41,841 nucleotides of DNA, from IMG/VR virus record IMGVR_UViG_3300033156_001223, positions 1 through 41,841 of that record. The stretch is one strand, 5' to 3'. Below the pieces are notes generated by a model. The model worked only from the letters and a program-made list of their open reading frames with translations, did no database searches and had not been told where the DNA came from. Of the stretch, positions 33,010-39,698 are shown piece after piece (position 1 is the first letter of the stretch; the number at the start of each line of letters is the position of its first letter). The DNA comes from a virus. Lineage: Duplodnaviria; Heunggongvirae; Uroviricota; Caudoviricetes. Made by a program: the position numbers and the translations under genes.

Positions 33010-34902
33010 TTAGCTAGTAGCCTCTTGCATTTCCTTCATTCTTTTCTCTTGCTCCTTTTTTTGTCTTTCTAACTCCTTCTTCCTTTTTTCCATTTCAATT
33101 ACTGTTTTAGGCCTCCTAGGTCGATATGGTCCTCTCTTCTTTCCTTTATCAGAGCGGGGTTTTCTTGGTTTCTTAAAGAAGTCTTTGAATTCTTCGCTAG
33201 TAAACCACTTCCTCCTCAAATATTTTTTGTAAGTACTTGGGGCCTCTCCAACTCCTAGCCCTGGTAGAGTAGTCTTATATTCCCCTTTAAACCTAAGACC
33301 TACTTCTCTACCTAATGCTTTTCTCATTGTCTCAATATTGATTTGAGGGGCCGCTGGTCTGAGAGTGAGAGGCTTAGCAGTATAGCGGAGCCTAAGTAGT
33401 TCTCTAAATTCGTTATCTAGCTTTGCTTTGTTTGCCGCGATAGTATACATCCATTCTTCCACAGTCTTCTTTCTTGGCTTTCCTAGAACTTTTGCTAAAA
33501 AAGAACGAGGAATTACTGTGTAATACCTTCTTACCAAGACTTTCCTTTTCTCTGGAGGAAGCCCCTTTAAACCTTTGATTCTTACTCCTCGAGCCTCCAT
33601 CTGTAGAATTCTCTCAGGATTGTAATGGGGATCAAATAAAGCTACAAAAGTAGTATTAGGTAAATCCAAACCTTCAGCTCCAGCTGGGCTTAGAATTAAG
33701 ACTCTAATATCTCCTTTTCGATAGGCTTCTACCGCTTTCTTTCTATCATTCTCTCCAAAGTATTCTCCCCCAGGCACATCAGAGCCAACAAATACTCCAA
33801 ATGGAATTCTCCTCGCATTTAATCCAGCAGCTAAAACATCTGCTCCACCTCGCAAAAAGTTTGTAAAAATTAATACTTTGCCATGTGGGGTAGTTTTGAG
33901 ATGTTGTTCAACATCGTTGATTACCGCTTTTACTTTTGGAGTCTGTTCGGCACTCTGCAGTAGAGGCACATCTACAACCGTGTGTACACCGTTCAATACT
34001 TGTCTAGCCTGTAATATCTTGGTAAGAATATGCTTTGCTTCTTTTTCAGTAACTGGAAGCCCTTTCTCAATTTTTCTTCTAGTAATTGGATCAATGTCTC
34101 TTAGGACATATTCATACAATTTCTTTTGGAAGTCATTTGCAGCTACTGGAACCCACTCAACTACTTTATCTGGCATATCCAATTTTTTCATAGCAGGATC
34201 AAGATAATAGGCATGATCTTTGAAGAGATCTTTTAAAATAGAGACATTTTTTAATACTCTTACTCTGCTAATAGATCCATCTGGATTTCTCTGAGTAATC
34301 ACCTTAGTAAACAATCGGTTGAATGTGGATTTGTCTGGTATAGGAAATCTTTGACCAGTAACCGCTACCATCAATGGAATAATATCAGCAGGAGTATTAC
34401 TAGCTACAGTCCCGGTTAGGCCAATGAAATTTCTGACTTTTCTCGAAGCGTATATTAAACTTCTAGTAGTAATTGCATCAAAATTTTTTGCTCTATGGAT
34501 TTCATCACATACTATAGTATCAATTGGCTCTCCAGTCGGAGTAGTAAGAAAGCGATCCGGATTGGTTCGAAAAAGAGCATAGGAAACAATATGAAAATTA
34601 ATTCCTTTGTCAGGATCACCAGATACCATCAGAGTAGGCCCTTTACCAGTCTCCCAAATGTAAACATTATGTCCTTCAGTGAATTTGTTGATATTTTTGA
34701 AAAAATTGTGTCGAAGGGCAGCTGGGGCTACTACTAGTACATTCCTTGCCTTACCCTGTTCAGCCAGTTTTTCTAGACTATAAAGAACTCCAAAGGTCTT
34801 ACCACTTCCTACTGAAGCAGCAATTAGGGCCCTACCATCATTATTGAGAATGGTTTGGCCCATTTCTTCCTGGTGGGGATAAGGCTTATACTCCTCCTTC
34901 AC
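33010..34902 (-). CDS. SF2 helicase-like ATPase, SNF2-type, with very basic C-terminal tail
   Basis: PYPHQ, ASVGSGKT (motif I), CDEIHRAKN (II), LTGT (III), AEGLDL (V), HYNPERILQMEARGVR (VI). Confidence 0.85.
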   Translation of the reverse strand: MKEEYKPYPHQEEMGQTILNNDGRALIAASVGSGKTFGVLYSLEKLAEQGKARNVLVVAPAALRHNFFKNINKFTEGHNVYIWETGKGPTLMVSGDPDKGINFHIVSYALFRTNPDRFLTTPTGEPIDTIVCDEIHRAKNFDAITTRSLIYASRKVRNFIGLTGTVASNTPADIIPLMVAVTGQRFPIPDKSTFNRLFTKVITQRNPDGSISRVRVLKNVSILKDLFKDHAYYLDPAMKKLDMPDKVVEWVPVAANDFQKKLYEYVLRDIDPITRRKIEKGLPVTEKEAKHILTKILQARQVLNGVHTVVDVPLLQSAEQTPKVKAVINDVEQHLKTTPHGKVLIFTNFLRGGADVLAAGLNARRIPFGVFVGSDVPGGEYFGENDRKKAVEAYRKGDIRVLILSPAGAEGLDLPNTTFVALFDPHYNPERILQMEARGVRIKGLKGLPPEKRKVLVRRYYTVIPRSFLAKVLGKPRKKTVEEWMYTIAANKAKLDNEFRELLRLRYTAKPLTLRPAAPQINIETMRKALGREVGLRFKGEYKTTLPGLGVGEAPSTYKKYLRRKWFTSEEFKDFFKKPRKPRSDKGKKRGPYRPRRPKTVIEMEKRKKELERQKKEQEKRMKEMQEATS

Positions 34903-34908
34903 ACTTTC

Positions 34909-34914
34909 ATTATA
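34909..34914 (-). promoter_or_regulatory. -10 TATAAT, 6 nt before the SD-less GTG of the helicase
   Basis: GGA-TATAAT-GAAAGT-GTG, just below a terminator. Confidence 0.5.
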
Positions 34915-34942
34915 TCCAGTTAAGAAAACTTAAACAGTAGCT

Positions 34943-34972
34943 AAATAAGAAGGAGCACTACCGGCTCCTTCT
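34943..34972 (-). terminator. Intrinsic terminator
   Basis: AGAAGGAGC-CGGTAGT-GCTCCTTCT-TATTT: 9-bp stem with U-rich tail. Confidence 0.7.
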
Positions 34973-34996
34973 GTAGACATAACAACATTTTCAATA

Positions 34997-35155
34997 CTAT
35001 TCCTTTCCTTTTTTCTTTCTCTCGAGAACTATATCGTCAAACCCTATAAATCTCTTGCGGACAGAGAAGCTTAGTAATCCATAGAAACAAAGTGCTGCAA
35101 ACACAAATGCCACACACAGAAATGGAAAAATTGCTGCAAGTATAATATCATTCAT
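34997..35155 (-). CDS. Small single-pass membrane protein, 52 aa, not in ORF track (MNDIILAAIFPFLCVAFVFAALCFYGLLSFSVRKRFIGFDDIVLERKKKGKE)
   Basis: Manual translation; SD GGGAGG; long hydrophobic segment followed by a basic tail; own promoter and terminator. Confidence 0.7.
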   Translation of the reverse strand: MNDIILAAIFPFLCVAFVFAALCFYGLLSFSVRKRFIGFDDIVLERKKKGKE

Positions 35156-35180
35156 TTTCCGTTTTCCTCCCTTTTATCTT

Positions 35181-35189
35181 GTTATAGCA
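35181..35189 (-). promoter_or_regulatory. Extended -10-like element TGCTATAAC
   Basis: Intergenic, T-rich upstream, precedes SD and ATG 35155. Confidence 0.6.
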
Positions 35190-35238
35190 AAAATAGTGGT
35201 TAGATAAAGAACTCACAGATGTGAAACCTAATCATTTT

Positions 35239-35586
35239 CTACCATGGAGTCACTTCCCATTCTGGGAAGTGTTTAAATTCACCTTCTACTTCAAGATACT
35301 TGTGTAGGTATACAAGTATATATCTTTTCTCTTTTTTGAGTTGTTCAAACAAACTATCCACATATTCCTCATATCTGCGTCTTTCAAGAAAGTCTGATTC
35401 ATCCCCAAAAAAAGATGGAGGGTGCATCTCAGAAAATAAGCTATCCTCTCCGCTGGCATTTTTAGCCCATATCTCAATTTTATGTACCCTACGATCATAC
35501 CATTTTAAAAACTCTTCAAACTCTTTCCTCTCATCAGATGTAAATCTAAAAACTTTTTCAATCCATACTTTTTTCTTTTGCTCCAT
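35239..35586 (-). CDS. Hypothetical protein
   Basis: Likely start ATG 35586 (MEQKKK; SD AAAGGGG); alternative start 35652 directly after the upstream stop. Confidence 0.65.
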   Translation of the reverse strand: MEQKKKVWIEKVFRFTSDERKEFEEFLKWYDRRVHKIEIWAKNASGEDSLFSEMHPPSFFGDESDFLERRRYEEYVDSLFEQLKKEKRYILVYLHKYLEVEGEFKHFPEWEVTPW

Positions 35587-35616
35587 CTTAATCCCCTTTC
35601 TTTTTTTAAATTTTTT

Positions 35617-35636
35617 GGCGGGCCTCACGGCCCGCC
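35617..35636 (-). other. Perfect GC-rich hairpin with GNRA (GUGA) tetraloop, not terminator-oriented
   Basis: GGCGGGCC-GTGA-GGCCCGCC on the minus strand, followed by an A-tract rather than a U-tract. Confidence 0.7.
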
Positions 35637-35652
35637 TCTGGAGTATGGTCAT

Positions 35653-35763
35653 TTACTTTGACTTCCTCTTTCCTTCTCTCTTCGAAGATTTCTTCCCCCT
35701 ACCCGACTTTTTGTCTCCGAGTCGGGCATAGGGAAGTGGCGTGAAACCATCATTTTTTCCCAT
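35653..35763 (-). CDS. Lys/Arg-rich peptide, 36 aa, not in ORF track (MGKNDGFTPLPYARLGDKKSGRGKKSSKREGKRKSK)
   Basis: Manual translation; very strong SD GGGAGGTG; promoter motif directly upstream. Confidence 0.55.
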   Translation of the reverse strand: MGKNDGFTPLPYARLGDKKSGRGKKSSKREGKRKSK

Positions 35764-35779
35764 GATTCACCTCCCTATA

Positions 35780-35788
35780 GTTATAACA
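35780..35788 (-). promoter_or_regulatory. Extended -10-like element TGTTATAAC
   Basis: Intergenic, T-rich upstream, precedes SD and ATG 35763. Confidence 0.6.
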
Positions 35789-35805
35789 GAAAAGAAGGGT
35801 TGATT

Positions 35806-37692
35806 TTAAATTGTATGACCCTTATTTTGGATGGCAGCATATAGCTTGATGGCCTTTAAATAGCGAAGTATGAATGCACTTCTCACACTATCTAGTGCAA
35901 TATTTTCATTTTGAAGTTCTTTGAGCATAGTTTGTCGAGATATCTTTTCACCCTCATTATCTCCAAAGAAAAACTGTCGAATTTGGTCTTCAGTAGCTAT
36001 TGGACGCCAGATATAGGCCATTTGTTTGTTGATATCATACCCAGCAATTTCTTCTATTACTGGGAGGATCCTGTTCTTAGCTATTTCATACCAGTTACCT
36101 TTCAGAGCTTCCAAAAGATCTGATGCATCTTTGATTTGCTTTGCTAAACTTTCATCATCTTTTAATGTATCAGCAGGATTACCTAAAACGGATCCTACTT
36201 GTATTAACTTTTTATAAGTGTTGTGATAGAAAGACCAATCATCTTCTGTTCTATATGGCCGGAGCCAGGTAGCAAGCTCTGGAGTAATTTCTTCCCCTGT
36301 CACCCCAACACCAATAGCCAAATCTTCTCCTAGCACATGGCAATATGCTAGTTCTACACTAGTAGTAGCTCCACTAAATGCAGTGATATCGTGATTAATT
36401 CCAACTATCTGTCCGATATGAGGTATCAGCTTTCCATGATATTTAACAAGTATCAAAGCCGGCATACCAACTACTAAGTAAGGATTGAACACTAGTTCAG
36501 CAGTTCCTCTTCGATTTTTCAATCGTTCTAATACCGAATAATAAGCGGCAATACTGTGAAGAGGTGGGCGTCTATCCGAATTCATCATGGCCTGTACTAA
36601 CTGCCGAGATGCTTCATCTAATTGTCTTACTGCTGGGTTAGGTCCAGTAAACCATTCCCAGCTCAAAATATCTTGATGGGTCCATGGCCTTTCTTTCACT
36701 AAAGGCCAGCAACCAGCTATTACTGTCCAATCATATAATGGGGGTCTGTGGATACAAGCATATCTAGTTACTGGAATCTTGTATCTTGGTAGACTTAACC
36801 CCCGCAACATCGAAGGAGTTATAGTGTTACAGCGAGGTGGTACTCCCATGAAGAATAATGGAAGAGTGTAAACAGAGGCAGGTCCGTAACTAGAAAAATA
36901 TTCCTTACCACTCTTTTCTTCCACACGATAATCGGAGATATAGACAGAAATAGGGTTTGGAAATAGGACATATCCTATAGAATTCAAGAACTTCTGAAGT
37001 ATTTGTCTGGCATTGTAAATTGTAGTTGGAGGAGGCATATCATTGAAAAATTCCTTCCATAAAAGAGAACTCTGTACACCGAAAACATACTTCAATAAAT
37101 CATCGTTTGGTGCATAAATTATTTTGTGAAACTTACGATAAGCAATCATTTCTTTGAACCATCTTGGATGGCACTTATTTGCTATTTCTTCAATAACTTT
37201 CTGCAGACCACTAGTGAGATCATAAAAATAACCACTATAGCCTAATAATGCTTGCTGTGGTGAGTAAGTATATTTCCTAGCTCCAAGAAAATCTGCTTCC
37301 AATTTCATCGCCTGAATATCTGGGTCGAAAAGATTGAGATACAAAGAAATAGAAGAAAAAATTACTGGCATAGTAGCCCAATAATGGCTTAGGTCTATTA
37401 GAGTCCATCCTACTGAAGTGGTAGTACTATCATAAACTATAGAATCTTGAATTAGTTCCCCAGCAAATAACAGCTTCCATTCTTCATTATCTGAGTATCT
37501 GAAATATAAAGTTACTAGAGTACGCCCCGGGATTTCAGTTGCTTCCGGAACTGCTGGAATCGTAATACTAGCTTGGGCTGGTTGGTTCATTCCAGCAGTT
37601 ATTCTTGCCTCAATAACAGGTATTGGGTGATCAAACAGATCCTCAATAACTGCCTTGAGCTGAATTTTATGGGCTATTGCTTGAGGGCTCAT
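35806..37692 (-). CDS. Baseplate hub-like protein (T4 gp27 / Mu gp44 / P2 gpD-like)
   Basis: N-terminal IEARITAGMNQPAQASITI...LFAGELI and C-terminal GTAELVFNPYLVVGMPALI...GQIVGINHDI are typical hub patterns; downstream of tape measure. Confidence 0.55.
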   Translation of the reverse strand: MSPQAIAHKIQLKAVIEDLFDHPIPVIEARITAGMNQPAQASITIPAVPEATEIPGRTLVTLYFRYSDNEEWKLLFAGELIQDSIVYDSTTTSVGWTLIDLSHYWATMPVIFSSISLYLNLFDPDIQAMKLEADFLGARKYTYSPQQALLGYSGYFYDLTSGLQKVIEEIANKCHPRWFKEMIAYRKFHKIIYAPNDDLLKYVFGVQSSLLWKEFFNDMPPPTTIYNARQILQKFLNSIGYVLFPNPISVYISDYRVEEKSGKEYFSSYGPASVYTLPLFFMGVPPRCNTITPSMLRGLSLPRYKIPVTRYACIHRPPLYDWTVIAGCWPLVKERPWTHQDILSWEWFTGPNPAVRQLDEASRQLVQAMMNSDRRPPLHSIAAYYSVLERLKNRRGTAELVFNPYLVVGMPALILVKYHGKLIPHIGQIVGINHDITAFSGATTSVELAYCHVLGEDLAIGVGVTGEEITPELATWLRPYRTEDDWSFYHNTYKKLIQVGSVLGNPADTLKDDESLAKQIKDASDLLEALKGNWYEIAKNRILPVIEEIAGYDINKQMAYIWRPIATEDQIRQFFFGDNEGEKISRQTMLKELQNENIALDSVRSAFILRYLKAIKLYAAIQNKGHTI

Positions 37693-39518
37693 TTGTTAGG
37701 AAGCCTCACATCATAGTCAAACATACTAATTCCCAGGTTTTTAGCAATTTTGTAATCTCTAGAAAAATTCTGGGCCTGCCCCCATGCTCCCCTCCATCCA
37801 AACTTTCTTATCCCTTCAAAGGCATTAGACAACTTTCTTATTGTTCGTGTATTCAATCCAGGAACAATCGCACTAAGTATTCTATCTACTATGCTTTTAT
37901 GTTTCAATCGCAAGATTGGAGTCTCTTTCTTATAACCAGCATAATCTCCATAGACTTTTGTCTCAGGTATTTCCCCAAGCTCCTGTTTTTCTAATTCATA
38001 ATTTCCCTCTGGTTCATTTACTATCTGCTGTGTAGTGCTTGGACTCGGGATATCTAATAGGGAAATAAAATTGAAAATGAAATCAGCGGCATTTTCTCTT
38101 TCAGCAGTATTTGTAATTTGTAGATTGGTTATAAAGCCTATATGTGCCCAGCCATCAAGCAGAAGCACTGCTACCTTTTCTTGTGGCACTAATGCTGAGC
38201 CTTTAAGAAGCATATCATAGTATAAAAGTAGGCGATCTTTCCAAGGGAAATCAGTAGTATTCATAACTATTCCATTAACAGATATGTTAGTCAATGGATT
38301 ATTCATAAAGAATAAATGAGTATCTCCAAAAGTTGGAAGAGTTTGAGTAGCATCTGCTTTATTACAAGTATACGATTGTACCAAAAAATCAGTATAAAAA
38401 GCGGCTTTAGCGGCATTGGCCGGATCTATAAAAGTTTCTTCTTCAATGGTTGGGGCCCTCAAATTTCCCTGTAGAATCTCACCAATCTTGGCTGTAGGAA
38501 GACTATAAATTCGGAGGCTAGCTGGTTTACTTTCCTCTTTATTAGCATGCCCAAATAAAGGACGATAATATCTTTCTTGTACTTTATCTGCGGAAAATAT
38601 CGCTTTTCTCCACTGATCTCTATCTGGCCATACAGCGAATATAGTGGATTTTCCATAAGAAACCTCAGCACTTCCGACATATTCTTTTGCTGGTGGAGCA
38701 GATGATGTTGCAGTGGCAATATCTATACATGGATCTGTGCCTCTAGATTTGCCTTTTAATTGACTTTCTACATAAGCTGATATTAAGTTAATTAAATTTG
38801 ATGGATTTACTTTCCCATTAGGAATAAACTCTTGTAGTATTTTCAGAACAGCCTTGGCAAGTGATACCGCTTTTTCACTTGGCAATATATAGGGAGATTT
38901 TTGTACCTCTTTTGTCAAATCAGTTAGTAAATCTTTCCATATTTGGGATGGGAAATAGAAATTATTCCCTGCCTTCTTTGAGTCCAATACGCCATAAATC
39001 TTTGGATCAACTTCAGTGCGTAGAATACCTTTTTCATCCCATAGCCGCAAATGAGGAGACGAGACAAGATAAGTAGCTCCTCCCTCAACCCATGTATCTA
39101 CACCAGTAGTACCTTTTGAAGGAGGATATACTATTTCCAAGAAAGGCTGGTATTTTTCTTCATTTACGCTGCGTTTATACTCCTTAATAGGAAGAAGAAG
39201 GAGCCCTTTAACTGATAAAGTCTTATTCAATGTACCCCCACGACAGTTAACTAATACCCACGCTGCAACTTCTTTTGCAATAAGCTTAAAAAAATGTGCA
39301 TTCAGTTTCTCTCCAACTTTATCACCAAAAATAGATTTTACATAATCAGGTAGACTTTTGGATTCGATTTGAAGCCCTGAATAAACCTTGTAAATTATAT
39401 CATCATATAATTTAAACCCTTTCTCAGGTGGATCTGAACGAAAAAAACAAGTGTAATAAGTATCACAATCAGCCTGTCCAGGTCGAAGTTCTTCTGCTGA
39501 TGTTTGCTCTTCAGCCAT
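37689..39518 (-). CDS. Protein with C-terminal tail-tube-initiator-like domain (gp48/gp54/gpU-like)
   Basis: QTLPTFGDTHLFF...NISVNGIVMN...GFITNLQIT resembles tube-initiator folds; position between tape measure and hub. Confidence 0.45.
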   Translation of the reverse strand: MAEEQTSAEELRPGQADCDTYYTCFFRSDPPEKGFKLYDDIIYKVYSGLQIESKSLPDYVKSIFGDKVGEKLNAHFFKLIAKEVAAWVLVNCRGGTLNKTLSVKGLLLLPIKEYKRSVNEEKYQPFLEIVYPPSKGTTGVDTWVEGGATYLVSSPHLRLWDEKGILRTEVDPKIYGVLDSKKAGNNFYFPSQIWKDLLTDLTKEVQKSPYILPSEKAVSLAKAVLKILQEFIPNGKVNPSNLINLISAYVESQLKGKSRGTDPCIDIATATSSAPPAKEYVGSAEVSYGKSTIFAVWPDRDQWRKAIFSADKVQERYYRPLFGHANKEESKPASLRIYSLPTAKIGEILQGNLRAPTIEEETFIDPANAAKAAFYTDFLVQSYTCNKADATQTLPTFGDTHLFFMNNPLTNISVNGIVMNTTDFPWKDRLLLYYDMLLKGSALVPQEKVAVLLLDGWAHIGFITNLQITNTAERENAADFIFNFISLLDIPSPSTTQQIVNEPEGNYELEKQELGEIPETKVYGDYAGYKKETPILRLKHKSIVDRILSAIVPGLNTRTIRKLSNAFEGIRKFGWRGAWGQAQNFSRDYKIAKNLGISMFDYDVRLPNK

Positions 39519-39698
39519 TTAATCCTCCATTAAAAGAGTTTTAACATCTAATGACACAAGAGAATCTTCAGTATCTTGTTGGTATGCTTTTAACCACAAT
39601 TCACGAATAGTAGCCACCATCATAAACTCATAGATATCCGGTAACGAAATTGCAAAATCAAGTTTGTTAGATGGTAGCTGTAATTCCCATTTACTCAT
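39519..39698 (-). CDS. Small acidic protein, 59 aa, not in ORF track (MSKWELQLPSNKLDFAISLPDIYEFMMVATIRELWLKAYQQDTEDSLVSLDVKTLLMED)
   Basis: Manual translation; ATGA overlap with the tape-measure stop and TAA-ATG abutting the next gene. Confidence 0.75.
   Translation of the reverse strand: MSKWELQLPSNKLDFAISLPDIYEFMMVATIRELWLKAYQQDTEDSLVSLDVKTLLMED

Noticed and set aside
35617-35636. Intrinsic terminator
   Set aside because: The T-tract is on the wrong side for either strand; kept as a non-terminator hairpin.
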